Positions 56,720-64,000 of a DNA stretch of 64,000 nt are shown here, piece by piece (within the stretch, counting starts at the first letter, position 1; the number at the start of each line of letters is the position of its first letter). Both the position numbers and the translations under genes were made by a program. Below the pieces are notes generated by a model, which ran no database searches, was not told where the DNA came from, and worked only from the letters and a program-made list of their open reading frames with translations. The stretch comes from an uncultured Smithella sp. (lineage in GTDB: Bacteria; Desulfobacterota; Syntrophia; Syntrophales; Smithellaceae), in assembly GCA_964394715.1 (NCBI GenBank), contig CAYMYR010000004.1, forward strand, positions 7,007-71,006. Direction: 5' to 3'.

Positions 56720-57946
56720 ATGGGGAGAAAAAGCAACGTTCTCGTGGGGATTGATATTGGAACAACGAAAACGACGGCGGTAGTCGGAGAGATGAAGGAG
56801 ACCGGCATCGATATCATCGGCATGGGAATCACACCGGCCAAAGAATTGAAAAAAGGCGGATTGGTTAACATCGACAATACCGTTGATGCGGTTAAAAAGG
56901 CCGTGGAGGACGCCGAACACATGTCCGGCTGCCGTATCAATTCCGCATATGTCGGTATTGCCGGCAGCCATATTAAGGGACAGAACTCGCTGGGGATCGT
57001 CGCAGTCAAAGGACGGGAAGTCGGCGAAGACGATCTCTTGCGAGCGGTTGAAGCATCCAAGGCCATTGCCATTCCCGTGGACCGGGAAATCCTTCACACA
57101 CTGCCCCAGAACTACGTGGTGGACGGACAGGACGGCATCCGTGATCCCGTGGGAATGTCAGGGGTCCGCCTGGAGGCGAAAGTCCATATCGTGACCGGTG
57201 CGTCTGCCTCCATTCAGAATGTGGTGAAGTCCGTCAATCGTGTCGGCCTGGATATCGAAGATGTTGTGCTGGAGCAGCTTGCGGCAAGCGAAGCGGTTCT
57301 CAGCAATGATGAAAAAGATCTGGGAGTGGCTTTGATTGACATCGGTGGATCCACCACCGGAATCGCCATCTTTGCGGAAGGCAGCATCAAACATACAGCC
57401 ACCCTGCCGGTGGGAGGGAATTTCCTGACTTCAGATATTGCTACCGGTTTGCGCACACCTTTTGCGGAAGCGGAAAAAATCAAACTGAAGTACGGTTGTG
57501 CGCTGACATCAATGATTCCAAAGGAAGAGACCATTGAAGTGCCCAGTGTCGGCGGCAGGGAAGCCCGTATGGTGTCCCGCCAGATTCTGGGAAGAATCGT
57601 TGAGCCCCGGATGGATGAAATTCTTAATATGGCTCTGAAGGAAATGGTCCGTTCCGGTTACGAGGATCTGCTGGCGGCGGGTCTCGTGCTGACCGGTGGC
57701 GCTTCGCTTTTGCCGGGTTTAACGGAGATGGCGGAACAGATTTTTGACATGCCGGTTCGCCTTGGTAATCCGGTGGGCGTCGGCGGATTAAGTGATGTGG
57801 CCAATTCACCGGCTTTTGCCGTCGGGGTTGGTTTGATTATTTACGGCAGTAAAAACCTGTCCAGCGATTCAGTTTATCGCAAGACGGGTAATGCTTTCAG
57901 TGAATTTTTGAAAACAGTCAAGAAATGGTTTTTAGAATTTTTCTAA
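56720..57946 (+). CDS. ftsA: Cell division protein FtsA
   Basis: Actin-fold motifs VGIDIGTTK and LIDIGGSTT, C-terminal amphipathic helix. ATG 56720 is preferred to GTG 56702. Confidence 0.9.
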   Translation: MGRKSNVLVGIDIGTTKTTAVVGEMKETGIDIIGMGITPAKELKKGGLVNIDNTVDAVKKAVEDAEHMSGCRINSAYVGIAGSHIKGQNSLGIVAVKGREVGEDDLLRAVEASKAIAIPVDREILHTLPQNYVVDGQDGIRDPVGMSGVRLEAKVHIVTGASASIQNVVKSVNRVGLDIEDVVLEQLAASEAVLSNDEKDLGVALIDIGGSTTGIAIFAEGSIKHTATLPVGGNFLTSDIATGLRTPFAEAEKIKLKYGCALTSMIPKEETIEVPSVGGREARMVSRQILGRIVEPRMDEILNMALKEMVRSGYEDLLAAGLVLTGGASLLPGLTEMAEQIFDMPVRLGNPVGVGGLSDVANSPAFAVGVGLIIYGSKNLSSDSVYRKTGNAFSEFLKTVKKWFLEFF

Positions 57947-57964
57947 ACAAAGAAGGGGGTGCGC

Positions 57965-59116
57965 ATGTTTGAACTAACGGAGGTATGTATCGAAAATTCG
58001 GCAAGAATCAAAGTAATCGGCGCGGGAGGGGGCGGCGGCAACGCCGTCAATACGATGATTTCCTATTCACTGCGGGGGGTCGATTTTATGATCGCGAACA
58101 CCGACTCCCAGGCGCTGGGAGCTTCGGATGCTCCCGTCAAAATCCAGATCGGTGCTGAACTCACCAAGGGGCTGGGAGCGGGCTCCAATCCAGACATCGG
58201 CAGGCAGGCGGCTCTGGAATCCCGCGATGAAATCCGCCGTCAGCTGGAAGGCGCGGACATGATTTTCATTACCGCGGGACTGGGAGGAGGAACGGGTACA
58301 GGTGCCGCGCCGATCATTGCACAGGTGGCCCGCGAAAGCGGAGCCCTGACGGTGGCAGTGGTGACAAAGCCCTTTCAGTTTGAGGGCAAAAAAAGGAATC
58401 TGCAGGCCGAGGAAGGTATCGTGCAACTGCGTGATGTGGTGGATACCCTGATTGTTGTTCCCAATCAGCGGTTGCTGAGCCTTGGCGGGCGCGGGCTTTC
58501 GCTTCTGGATGCTTTCAAAAAGGCGGATGATATTCTTTATCAGGCCGTCAAGGGCATATCCGATCTGATTGTTGTTCCGGGCTTGATTAACCTCGATTTC
58601 GCCGATGTGAAAAACATCATGTGCAATATGGGCATGGCGCTCATGGGTACCGGCACGGCCAGTGGTGAGAACCGCGCAGTTGAGGCCGCACAGCGGGCGA
58701 TCTCATCTCCGCTTCTGGAAGACAACACGATTCAGGGGGCACAGGGGATCCTGCTCAGCATCACCGGTGGACCGGACATGAGCCTGTACGAAGTCAATGA
58801 AGCATCATCGCTGATTCAGGCCGAGGCACATGAAGACGCAAATATCATCTTCGGTACCGTGATTGACGAAAACATGAAAGATGAGATCCGGATTACCGTT
58901 ATTGCAACCGGATTTGAAGATGCGATGAAAAGAAAGCAGGCGCCGTCCAATGTGGCTCATCTGGGCGGTTTCCGGAAAGAAGATTTATCGACGCCGGCGT
59001 ATATGCGCAGAGAAAAATCCCGTGATCAGGCAAATGTGCTGACCATCGGGATCAACGATGAAAGTCAAAACGTCGATATTGATATTCCCACGTTCCTGCG
59101 CAGGCAGGCGGACTAA
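57965..59116 (+). CDS. ftsZ: Cell division GTPase FtsZ
   Basis: [15 protein letters not shown], tubulin signature [11 protein letters not shown]-terminal conserved peptide [14 protein letters not shown] 57965 follows SD GAAGGGGG. Confidence 0.95.
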   Translation: MFELTEVCIENSARIKVIGAGGGGGNAVNTMISYSLRGVDFMIANTDSQALGASDAPVKIQIGAELTKGLGAGSNPDIGRQAALESRDEIRRQLEGADMIFITAGLGGGTGTGAAPIIAQVARESGALTVAVVTKPFQFEGKKRNLQAEEGIVQLRDVVDTLIVVPNQRLLSLGGRGLSLLDAFKKADDILYQAVKGISDLIVVPGLINLDFADVKNIMCNMGMALMGTGTASGENRAVEAAQRAISSPLLEDNTIQGAQGILLSITGGPDMSLYEVNEASSLIQAEAHEDANIIFGTVIDENMKDEIRITVIATGFEDAMKRKQAPSNVAHLGGFRKEDLSTPAYMRREKSRDQANVLTIGINDESQNVDIDIPTFLRRQAD

Positions 59117-59239
59117 AAGGATGTTCGTGGTTTTCTGCCGGATGCCGTAAGGAACTCCCCTGACCGGGAAAACCGGTTAAGTCGTCATTGTGACAGTGGT
59201 ACGACGTGAGTGCGGCAAAACAGAGGCCATGTTAGGCGC

Positions 59240-60949
59240 ATGAACTGGAAGCAGAAAAAACATTGTGAAACCCTTTTGTCCCGGGAACGGGGTTTTGTTA
59301 AGAAAATATGGGGGACCTGTCATACCGTTTGCCTGGCTTATCCCAATATTTACCGGATCGGCATGGCAAACCTCGGGTTCCAGTCCATCTATAAGATCAT
59401 TAACGAGTTGCCCTCCTTTCTTTGTGAAAGAGTGTTTCTGCCCGTGTCCGGTGACGACGCCGAATTCGTCACCGGCGCGGCGGAAACGGTAAGCCTGGAA
59501 AATCAGAAGCCCGTCCGTGATTTTGACATTCTGGCCGTATCCATCTCCTTTGAGAACGATTATCCGTCCGTTTTAAAACTTTTGGAACGAAGCGGGATTC
59601 CGCTCACGTCGAAGGACCGTAATAGCCGCCATCCACTGGTGATCGGAGGCGGGGTCGCGTTGACCCTGAACCCTGAACCCCTTGCGGATTACTTCGATTT
59701 ATTCATCCTTGGAGAAGCCGAGGAAGCCCTGCCGTTATTTGCTGCTGTCTTTTCCGAAGCCCGGCATCTTGAACTGGATAAAAAGACATTGCTCCTTGAA
59801 GCGCAAAAGAAACTACCGGGAGTTTACGTTCCTTCTCTTTACGCAGTAAACTATTCCCGCCAGGGGAAAATCCGGGATATTTTGCCCCTTGCCGATGGAT
59901 TGCCCGGAAAAATTCGAATTTCTTCCATCAAAAACATCAATGCCTTTTCCACAACGGAAGTTATCTCAAGCCGTGATTCGGAAATGGCAGAGATGTATCT
60001 TGTGGAAGTCAATCGCGGATGCCCTCACCGTTGCCGGTTTTGCGCAGCAGGCCACGTTTACGCCCCGCCGCGTTTTCGCGGCTACGCGGAGATTATTTCG
60101 GCTGTCGATGACGGGCTTCGCATCAAGAAAAAAATAGGACTGGTCGGCACGGCGGTTTCCGATCATTCCGATCTGGTTAAAATTTGCCAATACATCGTCA
60201 ACCAGGGTGCTCAGGCAGGCATCGGTTCCCTTCGCCTGGACAGAATCAATGAAAACACTGTGAGTCTGATCAAAGAATGCGGTATCGAAACCGTCGCGCT
60301 TGCACCGGAGGCGGGAAGCCAGCGGCTGCGCGATTTTCTGCGCAAGGGAATATCGCTGGATGATATCTTAAATTCCGCCCGATGTCTCATTGAAAAGGAA
60401 ATATTCAATCTGCGGTTATATTTTATGCTGGGCCTGCCGACGGAAGAAGAAGCGGATATTGACGCCATTATCGATCTGGTAAAGAAAATTCAGCACGCGG
60501 TGATTGGCCACACCTCAGGGAAACGAAAATTCCGTCGTATCACCCTCAGCCTCAATCAGTTCATTCCCAAACCCCGCACTCCGCTGCAGTGGTGCGCGCT
60601 TGCGAATGTTCAGGATGTCGGGAAAAAAATTAAAAAGATTACCCGTGCTTTTCGTCAGGACAGGCAGATTCACGTGATTGCAGACGTGCCAAAGTGGAAC
60701 TATGTCCAGGCCCTTCTTTCTCTGGGCGACCGGCGCGTCGGCGATATTCTGCTGGCTGTCCATTTACGAAACGGAAACTGGTCACAGGCGCTCAAAGACG
60801 TCAACATCCATCCCGACTTCTATGTATACCGGCAGAAAGATCTGGATGAAATCATGCCCTGGGACGTGATCGATGTCGGCATGTCCAAAAAAAAGCTGTT
60901 GCAGGAATATGAAGAAGCGTTTTCCGAACATCACCAATCCACGCTGTAA
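59240..60949 (+). CDS. Large B12-binding-domain-type radical SAM protein (TIGR03960-like, function unknown)
   Basis: CxxxCxxC CPHRCRFC. The N-terminal VCLAYPNIYRIGMANLGFQSIY segment is typical of that uncharacterised rSAM family as I remember it. GTG 59210 is an alternative start. Confidence 0.7.
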   Translation: MNWKQKKHCETLLSRERGFVKKIWGTCHTVCLAYPNIYRIGMANLGFQSIYKIINELPSFLCERVFLPVSGDDAEFVTGAAETVSLENQKPVRDFDILAVSISFENDYPSVLKLLERSGIPLTSKDRNSRHPLVIGGGVALTLNPEPLADYFDLFILGEAEEALPLFAAVFSEARHLELDKKTLLLEAQKKLPGVYVPSLYAVNYSRQGKIRDILPLADGLPGKIRISSIKNINAFSTTEVISSRDSEMAEMYLVEVNRGCPHRCRFCAAGHVYAPPRFRGYAEIISAVDDGLRIKKKIGLVGTAVSDHSDLVKICQYIVNQGAQAGIGSLRLDRINENTVSLIKECGIETVALAPEAGSQRLRDFLRKGISLDDILNSARCLIEKEIFNLRLYFMLGLPTEEEADIDAIIDLVKKIQHAVIGHTSGKRKFRRITLSLNQFIPKPRTPLQWCALANVQDVGKKIKKITRAFRQDRQIHVIADVPKWNYVQALLSLGDRRVGDILLAVHLRNGNWSQALKDVNIHPDFYVYRQKDLDEIMPWDVIDVGMSKKKLLQEYEEAFSEHHQSTL

Positions 60950-60963
60950 GAAAATCAATGTTC

Positions 60964-61698
60964 TTATGAATGAACGGCCTGTCGGGGCCGACCGGTTTCA
61001 AGAATCACGAGCGCGTCGACAGCCACGGGATTGCCTTCTTTTACGATCAGGGGGTTAATGTCAATTTCGGCAATTTCGTCATGTGTCATCCCGAGTTCAC
61101 CGACACCGACCAGAGCTTTTACCAGGACGTCTTCATCAACAGCCCTTTCTCCACGGAAGGCATCCAGCAGCTTGACGGCTTTTATTTCATGGATCATCTC
61201 TATCGCGTCTTCTTCCGTAAGGGGAGCAACGCGGAAACTGACGTCTTTCAAAGCTTCCGTAAAGATGCCCCCGATACCGAACATCACACATGGACCGAAC
61301 TGGGGGTCGCGTGTAAGGCCGATGACGAATTCCCTGTTGCCCTTCACCATTTCCTGAACCAGAATGCCTTCCATGTGAATTCCCTTGTCCATCAGCTCAT
61401 CATAAGCCCGGGCCACGTCCTGTTCATTTTTCAGATTTACACGGACCATATCCATCTCGGTTTTGTGTGTAAGAGCCGGGCCAGATCCTTTAAGAACGAC
61501 GGGAAAGCCGATCCTGGATGCCTGGTTCACCGCTTCTTCCCTCGACTGGACCAGTGACTCGCGCGTTACGGGAACGTCTGCGGATGCGACAATCTGTTTG
61601 GATTCATATTCTGATAAAGCCCGCTGGCCGCCTTGAACAGCCTTTGATAAAATTCCGATGATTTTTTGCTTTCTTTTTGAAAAATTGACGTTTGTCAT
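60964..61698 (-). CDS. ADP-forming acyl/acetyl-CoA synthetase, beta subunit (ATP-grasp)
   Basis: 244 aa. ATP-grasp_5-like LSEYESKQIV...IGFPVVLKGSGPALTHKTEMDMVRVNL. Its start overlaps the alpha-subunit stop (ATGA at 61695-61698). Confidence 0.75.
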   Translation of the reverse strand: MTNVNFSKRKQKIIGILSKAVQGGQRALSEYESKQIVASADVPVTRESLVQSREEAVNQASRIGFPVVLKGSGPALTHKTEMDMVRVNLKNEQDVARAYDELMDKGIHMEGILVQEMVKGNREFVIGLTRDPQFGPCVMFGIGGIFTEALKDVSFRVAPLTEEDAIEMIHEIKAVKLLDAFRGERAVDEDVLVKALVGVGELGMTHDEIAEIDINPLIVKEGNPVAVDALVILETGRPRQAVHS

Positions 61699-63137
61699 AA
61701 TGCGGCCTCCATCGTTTCTTTCATGATTTGGTTTTCGTCCGTATTTTCAAATTTTTCATGATCACCGATAAAACCTCTTTTCCGAAGGGATTCATAAAAC
61801 ATATGAGAAACGGACAGGGCCCTGACCGACTGTTCCGGTGTTTCAAAAATGGGAATGCGGTGTTTGGCACGGATGGCAATAGACTTGGCAACGGCGTTCG
61901 GTGTGTAGATGGCCGCCGGCTTGTCGTAATGTTTGCACATCTTCAAAAGTTCCTGAAGCGTGTCGATCACAAAGGTCTGCCAGACACTCAGGAGGGGAAG
62001 AAGTCCGTCCACCTCATCTGCACAGAGGAGAATTTCGAAGATGTCGAGGTAGGTTTGCGGCGGTGCGGGACCGATATCCACGGGATTCCTGACATTAAAG
62101 ACCTGTCCTGCTTTTTTCAGTTTATCCTGCGTCTGGCCCGAAAGTCTCACCATCTGCAGGCCTGCGTCCACCAGCAGATCGGCGGCAATGCTTCCAAACG
62201 CCCCGGAATTAGTGAACATGGCGACTCGATTCCCTTTTAAAAGAGGCATTTCAGTAAAGATCTTGGGGAGAGAATGCAGCTCGTTGATCGATTTGAGCCG
62301 TATGATTCCGGCCTGTTTGCAGGCACTTTCAAAGATCAAATCGTTGCTGGCCATTCCGGCCGTATGAGACATGGCCGCCATGGCGCCTTCCGGAGTTCTG
62401 CCCACCTTGTAAATCAGAATCGGTTTGCGTGACTTCTCGGCAGAATCCATCAGCTTGCGTCCATCAGCCACATTTTCCAGGTAGATCCCGATGACTTCAG
62501 TTTCGTCTTTTTGAAAGTAATCAATGAGGTCGGCCTCATCCACATCGGATTTGTTGCCGATGCTGACGACTTTGTTGATACCGACAAGATCGTAATACAG
62601 GGATTCCATGACCAGAACAACAACACCTCCGCTCTGGATGATGTAGGAAATGTTTCCCGGGGTTTCAAATATCTGGTTCATCTCGACCAGGCTGGGATTG
62701 ACGCCGTAGAAACTGCAGAACTTGTCTCTTGTGCTCAACGTGCCCAAACAGTTGGGGCCCATAATGCGCATTCCGTTTTTTCTGGAGACTTCGTCGATTT
62801 CGCGCTGCATCGCTGCGCCGTTCTGGCCGTCTTCGGCAAAGCCTGCGCTTTCGATGACGACTCTTTTAATTCCCTTCTTTGCGCAATCCTTGATGATGCC
62901 GGGAACATGGCGCGCTGCCACGATGATGATGGCCATGTCCGGTGTCTGGGGTAGATCAAGAACCGATGAAAATCCGGGGCAGCCATTTACTGTTTCAGCT
63001 TTGGAATTTACAACGAAGACCGGTCCCGTGTATTGAAGATAATCTTTCAGCATGTTACAGATTGTGGCGCCCAGATTAAAGGACGAATTTGATGCACCGA
63101 CAACAACAACGGATTTTGGATTGAAAAATTTTTCCAT
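61695..63137 (-). CDS. ADP-forming acyl/acetyl-CoA synthetase, alpha subunit (CoA-binding + ligase-CoA domains)
   Basis: 480 aa. CoA-binding N-terminus (PKSVVVVGASN), succinyl-CoA-synthetase-like domains, phosphohistidine loop MSHTAGMAS (compare SHTG in ACD alpha). Confidence 0.8.
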   Translation of the reverse strand: MEKFFNPKSVVVVGASNSSFNLGATICNMLKDYLQYTGPVFVVNSKAETVNGCPGFSSVLDLPQTPDMAIIIVAARHVPGIIKDCAKKGIKRVVIESAGFAEDGQNGAAMQREIDEVSRKNGMRIMGPNCLGTLSTRDKFCSFYGVNPSLVEMNQIFETPGNISYIIQSGGVVVLVMESLYYDLVGINKVVSIGNKSDVDEADLIDYFQKDETEVIGIYLENVADGRKLMDSAEKSRKPILIYKVGRTPEGAMAAMSHTAGMASNDLIFESACKQAGIIRLKSINELHSLPKIFTEMPLLKGNRVAMFTNSGAFGSIAADLLVDAGLQMVRLSGQTQDKLKKAGQVFNVRNPVDIGPAPPQTYLDIFEILLCADEVDGLLPLLSVWQTFVIDTLQELLKMCKHYDKPAAIYTPNAVAKSIAIRAKHRIPIFETPEQSVRALSVSHMFYESLRKRGFIGDHEKFENTDENQIMKETMEAAL

Positions 63138-63231
63138 AAACGACTCACTTTGAATTGAATTTGATGAAATGCAAAATTAAAATCCCCTGGATTTTGCCGC
63201 TTATTTATTCCAAGGTGTTTTTCATCACTGT

Positions 63232-63261
63232 AAACAATGTTTATATACAAGAACATTGTTT
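63232..63261. promoter_or_regulatory. Perfect 10-bp inverted repeat, candidate TetR operator
   Basis: AAACAATGTT (63232-63241), 10-nt spacer, AACATTGTTT (63252-63261). Lies between the tetR stop and the ACD alpha start and overlaps the predicted promoter. Confidence 0.5.
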
Positions 63262-63270
63262 TGATGTCAA
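63242..63270 (-). promoter_or_regulatory. Sigma70-like promoter for the acyl-CoA synthetase genes
   Basis: Read on the minus strand: TTGACA (63270-63265), 17-nt spacer, TATATA (63247-63242), about 105 nt upstream of the alpha-subunit ATG. Confidence 0.4.
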
Positions 63271-63306
63271 GGTATATTACCGGGATTTCATGAGGCAGGG
63301 AAAGAT

Positions 63307-63912
63307 CTAAACATTTCTCATTAATTTTGAAAGGTTACGTGCTATTTTCTGCCTGTGCATAAGAACTTGCTGCGTATTTTTTTCTGGATGATTCCTGAAG
63401 GTTGCGACAATGCCGGTTAGGGCGGCAAAAAGAGTATGCGAATGGTTTCGGATGTCTCCACCAGCATTCATTTTTTCAAAGATCATGTCAAAATGTCCAA
63501 GAATGTCGCGTTCAATTTTCGTTAATTTGTCAAAAAGTTCAGAGTCGATCGAACCGCCAAGAAAAAAATTCATCATCATCTGAAAATATTGATCATTGAA
63601 AGTGAAGTATTCAATAAAATCAGAAATCACCTGTTCAATGGCGCCGTCAGGGGATTCATCAATCGTGATAAATATTTTCTCAAACACCTTGCCGATTCCT
63701 CTCATAAAGGCTTCCGCAAAAAGAGACTGCTGATCCGGGAAATGCCGGTAGATGAGTGCCGGTGAGATCCCCGCCCGCTTTGCAATGTCTCTCATAGTTA
63801 CTTTCTGAAATGGTTTTTCTGCAAATTCCTTTTCTGCCGCGTCAATGATAATTGTGCGTCGGGCAAGTTTTTCCTGTTCTTTTAATTTGGAAAGAACGGT
63901 TTGTTTTTTCAT
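63307..63912 (-). CDS. TetR/AcrR family transcriptional regulator
   Basis: HTH TMRDIAKRAGISPALIYRHFPDQ. About 200 aa. Start at MKKQTVLS with SD AGGAG; the ORF-track start at 63996 is rejected. Confidence 0.85.
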   Translation of the reverse strand: MKKQTVLSKLKEQEKLARRTIIIDAAEKEFAEKPFQKVTMRDIAKRAGISPALIYRHFPDQQSLFAEAFMRGIGKVFEKIFITIDESPDGAIEQVISDFIEYFTFNDQYFQMMMNFFLGGSIDSELFDKLTKIERDILGHFDMIFEKMNAGGDIRNHSHTLFAALTGIVATFRNHPEKNTQQVLMHRQKIARNLSKLMRNV

Positions 63913-64000
63913 CGTCTGGCTCCTGATCAATTTTACGTTCGGCATAAAAGGCTTGCGGTGTATACAGAAAATAGCATCGATAAAGCTGTCTGTCAAACAG

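Noticed and set aside
1-64000. Scan for tRNA, rRNA or tmRNA genes, CRISPR arrays, IS elements, transposases, integrases, toxin-antitoxin pairs and defence-system genes
   Set aside because: No T-loop/acceptor-like sequences appeared in any intergenic region I read. There were no regularly spaced direct repeats and no ORF with transposase, integrase, nuclease-helicase or defence hallmarks. Intergenic regions are mostly under 300 bp. This was a by-eye scan only, so short or degenerate elements could have been missed.

Overview
The window is a 64-kb chromosomal segment from a Gram-negative anaerobe. Gene content (Tol-Pal, LptD, SelB, HD-GYP, DUF169, split ADP-forming acyl-CoA synthetase) suggests Desulfobacterota/Syntrophales, but that is a guess. 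Most of it is tightly packed, conserved housekeeping DNA. In order: pstA-pstB-phoU-phoR; folC; lptD; rplM-rpsI; argC; cysS; envelope genes (ctpA, yibQ-like, a TPR protein, a LolB-like lipoprotein). On the minus strand: a complete tolQ-tolR-tolA-tolB-pal-cpoB cluster and a collinear EF-P beta-lysylation set, epmB-efp-epmA. Then a CDF transporter, a yhaM-like nuclease, selB, ruvX and mltG. A 17-kb dcw cluster follows (mraZ-rsmH-ftsL-ftsI-murE::murF-mraY-murD-ftsW-murG-murC-murB-ftsQ-ftsA-ftsZ). After it come a large radical SAM gene and a TetR gene followed by a two-subunit ADP-forming acyl-CoA synthetase. The only accessory-looking stretch is about 4.2-15.3 kb. It holds an AT-rich two-gene glycosyltransferase islet (GT2 + GT-C) bracketed by the phoR 3' end and a truncated second copy of that end. 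It also holds a DUF169 gene, a HEAT-repeat/HD-GYP gene pair, a lone large acyl-CoA dehydrogenase-family gene, and two orphan small genes in AT-rich DNA (one is below the ORF-track cutoff). I saw no rRNA, tRNA, CRISPR, IS, transposase or integrase. I did not find a clear-cut new multi-gene system. The best candidates for follow-up are the phoR-duplication-flanked glycosylation islet, the fused murE-murF, the HEAT/HD-GYP pair with a shared N-terminal module, and the TetR/operator-controlled split acyl-CoA synthetase. All family calls come from motifs read by eye, not from searches.
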